A stretch of 63,083 nt of DNA, the filler included, from Octopus bimaculoides (taxonomy: Eukaryota), in assembly GCF_001194135.2 (NCBI RefSeq). It is 6 parts of 6 records of this genome, joined end to end, with 100 filler letters (N's around TTAATTAATTAA, not from the genome) between each part and the next. Parts side by side here need not be neighbours in the genome. Positions count along the whole stretch, not along the records: positions 20,423 to 31,535 come from NC_068988.1; positions 31,636 to 44,535 come from NC_069000.1; 4 more parts are not named here. The stretch is one strand, 5' to 3'. This document shows, piece by piece, positions 29,095 through 42,300 of this stretch (the stretch's first letter is position 1; the number at the start of each line of letters is the position of its first letter). The notes under the pieces were generated by a model. The model saw only the letters and a list, made by a program, of their open reading frames with translations, was not told where the DNA came from and searched no databases. The position numbers and the translations under genes are program-made.

Positions 29095-29790
29095 TTTTAG
29101 AGGAAAAGATGTTAGGTATTCTATTACTAATATTAGCTATCAGGTTTTTAAATATTATAGGGGTTTGTGTGACAAGACGATTTGGGCATATAGGAAAGGT
29201 TTATAAGAGGAGGTGCCTATGTCTAAGGAAACATCTACCAAATCAATTTTAGACAGATTTGTAGTGACAGTGATTATAAGGCGCAATTTACTGGAGGTAA
29301 ACGTAAGCTGTTTATTAAATTTGTTTAGGGTATGACAAACAGGGGAATTACTCAATCTGTCGTCTTGGTAAAGGCCAATGTCGTGTGATGGGTACTTGGA
29401 TTCCAATGTGTTTAATACAAAGAGACTTACAGGATGGAAGATGTCAGCATTGTCGTACGGTCCCATTGAGACATCGAAAAAGTCATCATTATCGGACTTT
29501 TTCACTCATGCCGAGCCCTTGCTAAACAGTGACTGAAATCGAGCTAGTAGCTAAAAGAATACTAGGAAACATTAATATTAAAACGAGAGAGAACACTAGG
29601 CTGCAACAATGGAATAATACTTTTACTGTATTAGATTGGTTTAAGAACATTAAGAATGAACATAGGGCTAGATTTATTCAGTTCGATATTATAATTTTTA
29701 TCTCTCCATATCGATATCGCTTCTTGGTAACGCCATCGAGTTTGCAAAATCACCCTGCAGATCTAGACTTTATCATGTGGGTATGAAATA
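29095..29790. mobile_element. Degenerate Penelope-like element RT (Naiad-like lineage) in two oppositely oriented blocks
   Basis: Plus block 29532-29785: QWNNTFTVLDWFKNIKN..RFIQFDI..(fs)YPSISISLLGNAIEFAK..DFIM. Minus block 29534-29095: KSLFSKGSA*VKK...FFDVSMGPYDNA....DIGLYQDDRL...DLVDVSLD...YKPF. Together these match the WKNT..V..WF / FDI..FYPSI / FDV.MG.YDGAE / GLYRDDGL RT motifs. Confidence 0.8.
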
Positions 29791-30396
29791 GCAAATGAGA
29801 AAAATTCCACGGGTTTGCTTACAGCCAGCGGGTAAGAAAGTCAAACGACATTGCAGTTTGTAATATTTCAAAGTAGAAAAAAAAATGTGTTCAAAGAGAG
29901 AGCAAAAACACTGTGCGTTTGAAATAAAACTTTATTTAGAATTTCTGAATGCTTTATAATATTCGAAGGGAAATGAGTTGCAAATACAGATAAATAGCAA
30001 AAAGTCTAATGTTATAATGTAGGTTGTTTTTTTTATCATGCCAAAAGTAATTGAAATAAAAGTGATGTCGAAAAGTGTAGCTCACTTTCCAATGGACGAC
30101 GAGAAAAATATTGTAAACAACATTACATCAGAAATATGAGGAATTTAAGTTTTAAAAAAATGTCGCAGCAAGAAGATATAATCACCGAAATTAAGAAACA
30201 GTCCATTTGTTAATTATCAAAAGTAGTGGTTTTCAGAAAGTGAAGTTCGTGAGTTGGGTGCTTTATGGATTGATTCGAAGCATCAATAAATGCCTGGTAG
30301 ATTAAATGGAATCTGTGGAACAAAGCGGTTTCAGGAGTATACTAGAGTCGATTTAAGTGACTATTCCATCTCAGCAAATTATAATTTCAACACACA

Positions 30397-30458
<62 letters not shown>

Positions 30459-31659
30459 NNNNNNNNNNNNNNNNNNNNNNNNNNNNNNNNNNNNNNNNNN
30501 NNNNNNNNNNNNNNNNNNNNNNNNNNNNNNNNNNNNNNNNNNNNNNNNNNNNNNNNNNNNNNNNNNNNNNNNNNNNNNNNNNNNNNNNNNNNNNNNNNNN
30601 NNNNNNNNNNNNNNNNNNNNNNNNNNNNNNNNNNNNNNNNNNNNNNNNNNNNNNNNNNNNNNNNNNNNNNNNNNNNNNNNNNNNNNNNNNNNNNNNNNNN
30701 NNNNNNNNNNNNNNNNNNNNNNNNNNNNNNNNNNNNNNNNNNNNNNNNNNNNNNNNNNNNNNNNNNNNNNNNNNNNNNNNNNNNNNNNNNNNNNNNNNNN
30801 NNNNNNNNNNNNNNNNNNNNNNNNNNNNNNNNNNNNNNNNNNNNNNNNNNNNNNNNNNNNNNNNNNNNNNNNNNNNNNNNNNNNNNNNNNNNNNNNNNNN
30901 NNNNNNNNNNNNNNNNNNNNNNNNNNNNNNNNNNNNNNNNNNNNNNNNNNNNNNNNNNNNNNNNNNNNNNNNNNNNNNNNNNNNNNNNNNNNNNNNNNNN
31001 NNNNNNNNNNNNNNNNNNNNNNNNNNNNNNNNNNNNNNNNNNNNNNNNNNNNTATATATATATAGATGTGTGTATTTTTTCTTTTGTTTACAATTTACAC
31101 GGAAAGAAATAGATAAGCAGTTTCCGGGGCAGCAAAAACTACCTTGTTTTTCAAGGTAGAAACTCCGGGTTTATCAGAAATATTTTGTATAATATATATA
31201 AATAAATAAATGGAATTAAACGCAGGTGTAATTCAAATTATTTTACTTCCGACACATGTTTCGAAGACAACATTGGTATTATTCCAAAGGGATAAAATGG
31301 TGTAAAACAATGTAATCTTCTCTTCCAGATTTACTCGATCTTAGCGACCCCATTAGGCATTTCAGAAACATTCCCATTTTAACATCTGTATTGTCAAATA
31401 GGTAATGAGCAAAATAGGGCATAGGATACATTTCTTTTATTAGTCACACAGGGCTCAACGAAGATGGGACAAATACAATGTAGAGCTTTTCTTTTTGGGA
31501 GGGGGAAGGAAGGAAAAAAAAAAAAAAAAAAAAAANNNNNNNNNNNNNNNNNNNNNNNNNNNNNNNNNNNNNNNNNNNNTTAATTAATTAANNNNNNNNN
31601 NNNNNNNNNNNNNNNNNNNNNNNNNNNNNNNNNNNTATATATATATATATATGTGTGTT

Positions 31660-31825
31660 TGTGTGTCTGTGTTTGTCCTCCTAGCATTGCTTGACAACCG
31701 ATGCTGGTGTGTTTATGTCCCTGTCGACAAAAAGAGACCGATAGAATAAGTACTAGGCTTACAAAGAATAAGTCTCGTGGTCGATTTGCTCGAGTAAAGG
31801 CGGTGCTCCAGTCAATTGACTAAAA
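31660..31825. mobile_element. Short interspersed repeat family A copy (inverted relative to 14888)
   Basis: gcttgacaaccgatgctggtgtgtttatgtcc...gaccgatagaataagtac...gcggtgctccagtc is the reverse complement of family A. Confidence 0.7.
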
Positions 31826-31840
31826 CAAGTAAAAGTAAAA

Positions 31841-31884
<44 letters not shown>

Positions 31885-32527
31885 TCACACCTGCTAGGAA
31901 TTTCGTGTGTTAAGCAGTCATAACGTTTATGCAGTTACTGTCGTGTTCCACAATTGATATATATGCGGATTCATACTTGCGTATATTAATATATACATAT
32001 ATGTATTATTTAATAGACAACACACATGCTTATATTTGCTACTTATAGTTTCATATTTTGACATTTACTACGAACATAGTCATGAGGCATAAACCACATA
32101 TCGTAACGAACTGAAAATTGAATGAGAGAACAAACGCCAAAAGTCCAGAAAGAAGCGTATAGAAATCATAGAAGATTAAAAACGGAGAACGAAAAAAAAA
32201 ACTGAAAGGTAAAAGAGTTATCTCCCTTAGACCATAAATTTTTATCTTTAGCCCTTATATTATGGAAAGCTACTAGAAAGTTAATCAGCTATAGGCGGAA
32301 TTTTGCAATTCTTCAAAATGTGCTTAGACATATGTTAGCAATCGCTAAAAATTGATATTTATGTAACTTTATAATTAAAAGTCTAAAGCGGACAACGCGT
32401 TTATATTTTTTACTTTTTACTCTTTACATCTTGCTTTTTCGTGTTCTGTCTTTGTCACGTTTTCTATATGTTCCTTTCTGACTTTTTCGCGTTTCTTCTC
32501 ACATTTAGTTCGTTAGGATATTTGGTT

Positions 32528-32585
32528 TTGAGCCTGATGAATATATTTGAGGTATTTCTCAACATATGAAACAATTATTAACACA
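32528..32585 (+). ncRNA. Degenerate hammerhead-like motif in pLTR-like repeat
   Basis: CTGATGA-atat(at)ttgag-gtattt-ctcaa(c)atat-GAAA-caatt-att. The core and stem II are good, but stem I does not pair and stem III is mutated. Confidence 0.3.
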
Positions 32586-33059
32586 TATAAACATGTATTT
32601 TGTCTATTAAATAACATTCATCCCTCACCAGATGAAATATTTTGTGTTGATATTTCCATCACAGAACAGTACATTATATATATGTATATCTTTTAAACTC
32701 CAATCTGTCAACACCTCAGATGTAAAATTGTTCCCTGAAGACGGAGACTGGTATTATCTGATGATGGAATTAATTTTCAATCATTATTTTGGACCACCAA
32801 GCTCACAGAAAAACGTAACACTCTTATTCAACCCTTTTAATACCTGATATCATTTCTGTTCTGCGTAAGTCGGACTCTTGTATATGTTTATATAGGAATT
32901 GTACGTTGGTGCATTCTAATCCACTGCATTTCCAGTTGGTTCACTGAACAATGAAGTCCTCCATGGCAAATACGATTGTAGCACTTCACGTCGAACTACA
33001 TGAATGTCTCATAACGTAATGGTTCGCCCTCTCAAAAGGCCGATACACCTCCATCATCA

Positions 33060-33830
33060 GTGCGTAGGTGCGCACCTTGGAATGTACGAAGAAGACAACG
33101 ACAGGTACACATATCCCTGGACGATGCCATCCGTAAGATAACAAAGTCGTTAGGAAATTTCAAGTGGCAGGCCGTTTGAAAATCATATCATCTGGCTCGG
33201 TGTCATTGGTCATCATGGTGTTGGAAAACATCAACGCCAATGACCTTCTGGCTCTCTGTTTCCATCGGTTACTGGTCATTACTAACGCGGTTCTTCAGCT
33301 CTTAACAATTCACAAATTACCCTGAACGGAACCTCGGCTAAAATGCTCTTTCTTGACTATATGATTGTCTTTTGATAGATTTTAAGGATATATTGTACAC
33401 CTCTTCTATGAGGCTTGCTGAATATCATACTGATGACCTCCTTCATCTGCATCTGAGGCCTGCAATCCGAAAATAGCCTCCCTTTTCTAGTCTTGACATT
33501 AATGTCCTCTTCAAGTCCGAGAAGCATTTTCAGCTTCAATGAGGAAGTAACAATGCTACATTAAAAATCAAGATCCCTGAAGTTCCGGCTGTTAATCTCA
33601 CTCAAGTCAATAACATTTGCCAGTCATTTCCTCTGTGTTTTACAAGAACCTCCTAAACCAATCGTTGGGAAAACTACACGTTGCAACACTAACTGGTTTG
33701 AGGAATCCGCCGAGATCATAAAACCTCTCCTGTCCAAGGAGACCAAGGTCTGTGGTGCAAATCAAGGAACTACGGCCCTTTTCCAAAGAAGGAGGGATGC
33801 TCTTGCCACCGCACAATGTGTCTTCAGGAA
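33060..33830 (+). mobile_element. Degenerate RTE-like LINE (APE endonuclease and linker)
   Basis: Motif remnants WNVR, GHHGVGK.NANDLLALC, LVITNAV.QL, LDYMIV and NWFEESAEIIKPLL, with frameshifts and stops. Confidence 0.65.
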
Positions 33831-34198
33831 TATATATATAAGGATAAGATCGTTATTTAAAATACCGATCATATCAAGTGGCCATCAAAGGAATAAACAC
33901 CTTATAGGATTTATTATTAAAATTATAATTAAGGGTATCTAAGGGATACCACTATGGTAGAGACAACAGTCAATACTTGACCCTAAAACCACATCATATA
34001 TTCATACAGCACAAGGTGAAACGACAAATTGACGAAAAAACTATACAGAACCAGAAATCCGGATCTGAAATTATCCGAAACATTTTTGCTAGTTTATTTG
34101 CCAATTTGTCTTTTCACATTGTACTGTATGAGTCTATCTATCTATCTATCTATCTTTATGTATATTTCCATATATATACATATATACTGTGTATATAC

Positions 34199-34266
<68 letters not shown>

Positions 34267-35352
34267 NNNNNNNNNNNNNNNNNNNNNNNNNNNNNNNNNN
34301 NNNNNNNNNNNNNNNNNNNNNNNNNNNNNNNNNNNNNNNNNNNNNNNNNNNNNNNNNNNNNNNNNNNNNNNNNNNNNNNNNNNNNNNNNNNNNNNNNNNN
34401 NNNNNNNNNNNNNNNNNNNNNNNNNNNNNNNNNNNNNNNNNNNNNNNNNNNNNNNNNNNNNNNNNNNNNNNNNNNNNNNNNNNNNNNNNNNNNNNNNNNN
34501 NNNNNNNNNNNNNNNNNNNNNNNNNNNNNNNNNNNNNNNNNNNNNNNNNNNNNNNNNNNNNNNNNNNNNNNNNNNNNNNNNNNNNNNNNNNNNNNNNNNN
34601 NNNNNNNNNNNNNNNNNNNNNNNNNTATATTTATATATATATCTACAAATGTATATATGTACGCATATATGTGTGTACATATATGTATGTGTGTATATGC
34701 ATGTGCGTGTATGTATGTTTGTATGTATGTGTGTGTATATGCATAGATACAATTACGTCAAATTTCCGGATTTCCATCAGTTGCATAATGCTTTCACCGA
34801 AATGTTAGGGCAGCTTTCTATCATTATCAGCTGTTATGCAGCAAATATATTACTTAAGTGAATATGGTATCTTCATAAAGGTGACGCCATTTTCGGAATT
34901 ACTAAGGCCATTTTCTGAGTGTTTTATGTTGATACGCAATACATCTGAGCGCACGAATTGGAAATCTTAATTGTCGATCTGAAAACATAGTAAATCTATA
35001 AGCGTGAATGAAGCAAACGTCGTGCATAAAATTGATATGTCTTTAATGTGGCTAATTTTAATAAGAAACGAACCTTTTCTGGCAATAAATTACGAAAAAG
35101 TACAGGAATTTGAAAAGCAAAATAAATAAAAAAATATGAAGTGGTGGCGAGTATAGCGAGATTTTAAAACGCTATACGATGTAAAACAGAAATAAGATGT
35201 CGATATACTATGGAAATTTGAATAAGCTGAAGATTGCTTTGCAGTCACATGGTTTCCGGTTCTGTATCACGGCGGGACCCTGTAGTTATAGCCACCGGCC
35301 GGCCAATATCTTTACAATTTCTGAGCGGGTGAAAACAGTGTGCGGGTTATTA

Positions 35353-35391
<39 letters not shown>

Positions 35392-36603
35392 CGAAATAAT
35401 CTGAAAATGAAGGAATCTTTTANNNNNNNNNNNNNNNNNNNNNNNNNNNNNNNNNNNNNNNNNNNNNNNNNNNNNNNNNNNNNNNNNNNNNNNNNNNNNN
35501 NNNNNNNNNNNNNNNNNNNNNNNNNNNNNNNNNNNNNNNNNNNNNNNNNNNNNNNNNNNNNNNNNNNNNNNNNNNNNNNNNNNNNNNNNNNNNNNNNNNN
35601 NNNNNNNNNNNNNNNNNNNNNNNNNNNNNNNNNNNNNNNNNNNNNNNNNNNNNNNNNNNNNNNNNNNNNNNNNNNNNNNNNNNNNNNNNNNNNNNNNNNN
35701 NNNNNNNNNNNNNNNNNNNNNNNNNNNNNNNNNNNNNNNNNNNNNNNNNNNNNNNNNNNNNNNNNNNNNNNNNNNNNNNCAGACAGTACAACTGACAAAA
35801 TCCGAATAAATAAAGAAAACATTTTTATTCGAAAATACAAACCACACTCACACATATCTTAAAAAATATATTCGGACTGTCAACTTGTGTCGAAACAACT
35901 AGGCATTACACTACTTTCTACACACACACACACACACACACAATTACAACGTGCATTCATACATAAAGACAATAAGCCTCTCTCCAAGGAACACACATCC
36001 ACAACGAACACAGACAGACACACACATATATACACATATATATGCACGTTTTAGATTTACCTTCAGTTCTTCGTCTTAGTTCTTATCTTGTCTACCATTG
36101 GCATGTAATGAGTGCAGGCATGAGTGTACAGCTAACAATGTAATTTCTAAATAGCTCAAATTTTGGTTTAATGTCAATGCGATGTGCATTCGATATATGT
36201 GTGTATACATAACCTCGAATAGATTAGTTTTGAAAGTGAAGTTTGGAGGACCGAAACGTTGTTGAATGGAAACAAAATATAATACTAGCAACCGACTCTC
36301 TTTCTTCCACTACACCATTTGTATTTTTAGGTAACATATATGTTATGTAGGTCCGTTTAATACTATCAGACACAGGTTTGTTGACATCAGCAAGGTCCAT
36401 GCTTTTTAAGTCAATTTTTTGAGATTTCCGACCTGACACCTCTAGAGACTGCATTTTGGTTTGGTTTAGAATTTCGCTTTCCAATTACGTGATTTCAGGT
36501 TCACCCTTATCGCATGGCATCTTGAGCAAGCGTCTTCTACTATAACATGGGAGCCTGTGTGAATTTGTTGGACGGAGTGCTTATGGAAGCACACCTTATA
36601 TCA

Positions 36604-36647
<44 letters not shown>

Positions 36648-37469
36648 CATTGTGTTTGTCTTCTCTGCGCTTGGCAACCACTGTTTTTCTTTCTTTACAC
36701 TCCGTCGCTAAACTGTCCTGCAACAGAAGCAGTTATAATAACAGTACTGGGCTCTATCTCTTTGAATAAATCTCTGGACGTGGAGCTCCAGTATGGTCAC
36801 TGCTCAGTACCTGAAACAAGTAAAGGAATAAAACAATAAAACAATTTTTAATACTGTAAGAACAAGAGAAGTCCTTCCAATAGATTTTCGTACAGATTCC
36901 GCGTATGGAACTTCAGCCTTGAATCATCAATCGGCGTGAAAGACAATTGCCTAAAGTATTGTACAGTAAAATTGAACCTGAAACCACAGTTGCAAAGCAA
37001 ACTTTTTAAACCAAAAAGCGTCAAAGCACTGTTTTTCCTCATATAAATACACCATTAATAACTATGAAATACCGCGAAATGACTCAACTTAACGCAAGAG
37101 AGTCTTTCCTTTCTGTTCATAACAACGTACACTGTATTAATAATTTCAGTGGATTTGATGATGCTTGCTTGAATGTGTAAGTGTGTGTAATATTAAACGT
37201 AATCTATATTAGAGAATGTAAATTAATTTTCCTTGGCAATATGAATCTACTCGTGCTATAAAATACGTTTTAGTTAATAACATCTCCAACAGGAGTGGTT
37301 CTTTTTTCCTCTTTTAATGTAACATCCATATAATTTTGTTATAATTTAATTGCAGTCATATTTCATCTAACGTATGTCATTTTCGCATAAGTAATATCAA
37401 ATATATCGACTCGTTGCCTTTTCAACTATCAACACATCAACTCGTCAAGGAGAATGATTCTCGCAGCCG

Positions 37470-37610
37470 CAGCAGCGATGGCAGTAACGGTAGTAGTAGT
37501 AGTAGTAGTAGTACTAGTATTAGTAGCAGCAGTAGCAGCAGCAGCAGCAGCATCAGTAGTGGTAGTAGTAGTAGTAGGAGTAGTAGTAGTAGTAGTAGTA
37601 GTAGTGGGTA

Positions 37611-37664
<54 letters not shown>

Positions 37665-37666
37665 CG

Positions 37667-37703
<37 letters not shown>

Positions 37704-37758
37704 CGGTGGTGGTAGTAGTAGTAGTAGTTGTAGTAGTAGTAGTAGTAGTAGTAGTGGC

Positions 37759-37797
<39 letters not shown>

Positions 37798-37830
37798 TCT
37801 TGTTGTTGTTGTTGTTGTTGTTACTGTGGT
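37470..37830. repeat. Compound (GTA/GCA/GTG/GTT)n trinucleotide microsatellite
   Basis: Read directly. Representative of the dozens of (CA), (TA), (GA), (GAT), (AAT), (GTC) and (TATG) tracts in the window. Confidence 0.95.
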
Positions 37831-38218
37831 TGTAAAATTTGCAATATCACGAAATGAAAATGTAGAAGAATGAATAATTTTCAATAAAGGAAGTGATTTA
37901 CGAGACTTGAAGACGCGATATAAATATATAAACGAATGTTAGAAAATTAAAAAGAATATATTGGAAATGCCTGTGAAGCTTACACGGATTTTCATCGCCT
38001 GTTCTTAGCACTTATTGTGGACGTTGAACGGATGCGGTATATTAATCCCGGTTACGATGACATTCTCTCGCAGATAACACTCACATGTAATCTAACTCTT
38101 ATTGCAAATAACATGTGAAAATATATTTACTATTGGTTTTAAATTTTGGATCAACGCCAGAAATTTCGAGCGTGAAAGTCGATTACATCGTCCCCAAAGT
38201 TCAAAAGGTACTTATTTC

Positions 38219-38767
38219 GGATCTTTTTTAAAACGGGGGCCACATGTTTCATTGTTTTACGTAGTGTTTTTGGTACCGAAAGACTTTCAAAGTTCGTATA
38301 CTTATCTATTTTGTGTTATAGAACAGAAAAATATTTTGTATTCGAATTTATTTCATGTAAAAAATTTTCTTATTTCGATAATTTCAACCAATCACTGACA
38401 AGTATTCAGTTGTTTACATTTACTCCTTTGGCTGATTAAGCCATAGCTTCGTTTTATTTGCATTTTTCATTTTAAATTTGCTATTTTACCCTAACCCTAA
38501 CCCTAACCCTAACCCTATCACCGATAGAATTGTTTCAGAATCGTTTGTTTATGTAGTCGGCACTTAATGTATATCGGCTGAATGGACGTCAGTGATTGGT
38601 TGAAATTACAGAAATACGACAACTTTAACATGGAATAACTTAGGGATTTCTTTTTTTTTTAAGAAGACTAAGAGAAAAAGATGTTTTATATGACACATTC
38701 TACCAGTGTTCCAAGTTTCAAAGTGTTTCGTTAATGAAAAATGTGGCCCCCGTTTTAAAAAAGATTC
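38219..38767. mobile_element. Non-autonomous TIR DNA transposon (~549 bp, 8-bp TSD) nested in a family-B SINE
   Basis: ~35-bp TIRs GGATCTTTTTTAAAACGGGGCCACAT / GAATCTTTTTTAAAACGGGGGCCACAT. TSD cttatttc at 38211-38218 and 38768-38775. The flanks rejoin into a continuous family-B repeat. Confidence 0.82.
38489..38517 (-). repeat. Interstitial telomere-like (TTAGGG)4+ tract inside the TIR element
   Basis: ccctaa x4 plus cccta read directly. Confidence 0.9.
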
Positions 38768-39129
38768 CTTATTTCTTCGACCTCGAAATAAATCAAAGTC
38801 GACCTCGGCAGTATTTTAACTGAGAGCGTAAGGATATACGAAATGCTGCTAAGTATTTTATTCAGCGTCCTTACGGTTCGATCAGTTCACCACCTTGAAA
38901 ATATTGTTAATATCATTAAGTGTAATGACTGAATAAATATCGGCGAAGGTATGGCTGTGTAGTAATACCGGTTTCGAATTTTGACTCAAGGCCAACTAGT
39001 TCGACCCCAGAGTTACTGATGTTATCGATCCCAAAAGGATGAAAGGCAAAGTGGACCGCAGCAGAATTTGAACTCAGAACGCAGAGACGGACGATCCTGT
39101 CAGTTTGTCGCCTTTAAAATACAGTTAAA

Positions 39130-39350
39130 TTTGGTTTCAATTTTTAGCTGACGGCCATTAAGCTGGATGGTGAGAGTAAGTGAATTACATCGACCCCAGT
39201 GATAAGCTGGTATTTATTTCAGGAAATCCCAAAGTAGGAAAAGAATCGTCGACCTCGGCGGAATTTGAACTCAGAGCGTAAAGACGGACGAAATGTCGCT
39301 AAGCATTTTATTCGGGGTGCTAACGATTTTGCCAGCTCGCCGCCCTTGAA
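39130..39350. mobile_element. Short interspersed repeat family B
   Basis: Motif atcgaccccagt...ggtacttatttt atcga.cccgaaaggatgaaaggcaaagtcgacctcggcggaatttgaactcagaacg...gccagctcgcc. Other copies lie at ~16920-17060, 26180-26320, 38125-38900 (split), 38965-39115, 41695-41910, 47585-47720, 48800-48890 and 62800-62990. Confidence 0.78.
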
Positions 39351-42300
39351 AGTGTAGTTAATACTCCTAACTGTAATGAATAGATTTAGTGAGAGCGCGT
39401 GGCCTGGCAGTTAAACCGTTTCACTTACGATCGCAAGACCGTAGTTACGATTCTTGGACCAGGCAGTGCGTTGTGTTCGTGAGCCCTTCGATACGAAGCT
39501 GTACATGCAATATCGGTTTGATGCTTGCCATAATATACTGACCAGACATTCCATCCTCATAACAAACCATCTCTCCAGGTTGTTCATCAAGAATTTGTGA
39601 AACACCTATGTATCGTCTACGACAGGAGAGTGCACGGTACTTGTATTTTACTAGGAAACATAATACCAAGGAAACCCCATTGATTTTTGCTATTTTCGTT
39701 GGGAATCTAGTGAAATCGGGTCTAAAATTAACACTAGATTACAATTGTCGTCTAAAATCCAGTTGCAAAATGCAGGATCCTTCAGGTTTATTCAGGACCA
39801 CATGTCGGATGCTTCGTTGTCATTTAAGAATTCATTTTAATTACAGTTGCTATTTGTGCATATAGCAAAAACAGTGGGAAAAGTTTTCTGTCGTGAAGAT
39901 GAAACAAATCTTTTCGTTTATGACGAAAAATATCGTTGGAGAAATGAAAAATGGAGAAGACTTTTTTTTCCCGAAAAGTTAGATCTCGTTCTCACGGAAA
40001 GTAATTTATTCCATTATTATAACAATTTTTATTCCCATCTTCCGATCCAGAATTTCACTCTCTTCGTGGAATTCTGTTATTTTAGTATTTATTTATAGAT
40101 TGAGTCACTACGCTAAAAGCAGTTACGTCTTGTGGGTTTGAGCAATAAGCACTCAGATGTTAATCAACAAATCGGTGTATTTTTAATATGGTAGTGTGAT
40201 ATTTCAATATCTTTCAATTTGCATCTCTTATTATATCAAATATAATAGTATGTTTCCATTGATCAATACCAGCAGTGAGATCCATCACCGGATATTATTG
40301 TAATCTAACAAGTGAATCTCTGAATGTTTTCTTAATCTGGTAGAAGTAGCGAACATACCTCCTGTAAATAACACTTGATCTCATTACAGAGGTTTAAAGT
40401 GTACTGTATCATGTGAGTTTTAGATGCACAATTAAAGATGGGATGGTCATAGAGAGACTGTCTTTGATCTGTTATCTACTAGATCAGAAATGAGCTGGAA
40501 ATAAGACCATGATTAAATCCCATTTATATCGTATGCCATGGGATAGTCAGCAGCAATATTAATGGAGAAGCCAACTGTTAACAATAAACGAAATTTAATT
40601 GTTAGAAATAGCAGACGCTTAAAACATAGTATCGGGTTGTCCATGAAAATGAAACGCGTAGAGTGTAAAGAAAAATAAAATTTACTGCAGGAGACTAAAA
40701 ATCGATAAAGACATTCAATTCTGTGGTGGAATGTAGATTACTATTAATTCAATAAACAAATCTTGGCCAAGTCAGTTAAGTCATGGTAAAATGATATTAG
40801 TTTAAATAATTCCGAAATCTAAGTTAGTAATGGAATGAAAGTTAGATTGTCTTCGGAGTTGTGTGTGCAGCAACTTAAAGATTAGTAATTAAAATGGAAA
40901 CTGGAATATAGAAAGGAAGAAAATTAAAACTATAACTTCATTATAGAATGGAAAACAAGAATAAACATTGGGGAAATAAAATAATTAAAACACTTCTAAA
41001 CTTTCGTAAGAAATATTTGAACAGATACCATATCATTTAATCATTCAGACGTTTTTAGTGAGTAGTTTACAGCAACAGTCTTGTGTAAAGCACTCCTTTG
41101 TATGTCAGTGTAGCTTATGCTATTTTTATTGTTAAAATATTTATATATTTTTTTCCTGTATTTTTTATTGTTCTTTCGGTTATAAGAGACACAAAAGGTC
41201 AATGTCCCCTAGCAGATAATTTTAACATTTGCCGAGGATCATTGAACGTAAATGCTTTATTCTCTCGCTTAGATGTCTTCACATTGTAATTTAGCTGTCC
41301 TTCGGTGAATGCAAAGATTGAAATAGAAGAACTGGACTGAAAACTCATCAACGTGGAAAAACAAGAAAATTAAATTAAAACATGGAAACCGCTGTACAGG
41401 TTAAGCGCAGTAAAGTGATGAGTTCGATTAATTAATTGCTCACAAAGATAAAAGACATTTTTAATGAAAAAAAATATGCCTGCAAAAGAATCAATGAAGA
41501 GAGATGAGTGGATTCGGAGTATTTGAAGCGAAGAATAATCGTGTTACAGAAATATACTGTATTAGTACAAAAAGGCAAAGCCGGTCTATAGTTACATGTT
41601 CATTAAAAATTGCATATTCGGTCAAATAATATCGTAAACTTTTTCAAAAGATTTATTTCCGCATAATCAAAGAGATAGAACAGAAATAATGGTTTAAAAT
41701 TTCGATACAATGCCATCAAAGCAATTCTAGAGGAGTGGTAAGTTGATTTCATCGATTCAAGTGTTCAACTGGTAATTATATTATCGGTCCTCAGAGGATA
41801 AACAACGAAGTTTACCTCGGTGGCATTTGAACGTAAGGCATAAGGCCAGAAACAAATGACGTAAACCATTTTTGGGTAGAATGCTAAAAGTTCTGCCAGC
41901 TCACTGCTTTCGATTCTACAAAAGTAAATTTTGAGAAATATCAGTACAGCGGACAGATTTGCACGTCTTATAATTCAGTGTGAAATTTCTCTCATGGATT
42001 AAGTTTCCCAAATTGCTATTCTTAATGCAATGTCTGTGTCGATTATCTTCCTTGTTGAGGTGAGTACTTGTAGCAATGTCGATATGTTCATGTCAATTAT
42101 ATCGTAGAGGATCTCAGGTAAAATATGGCTAGCAATGTTAATGTTATCGCTCGTGGAGGTGTTATTAGGTAAATCACTTCGATTATTAAAATTTTACATG
42201 ATCTGAATTCAAGCAGATGAAAGCACAGTTGGTTTTATCTTTTAAAGTTACCGTTCGAATGTAAATTGGCAATCCTATTGTTTGTCCACAGTCTTCATGT

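Noticed and set aside
29507-29509. In-frame TGA in the Naiad-like RT as possible selenocysteine
   Set aside because: It falls at a conserved Trp (W.KK), so it is TGG>TGA decay. Naiad Sec codons replace Cys, and no SECIS was seen.
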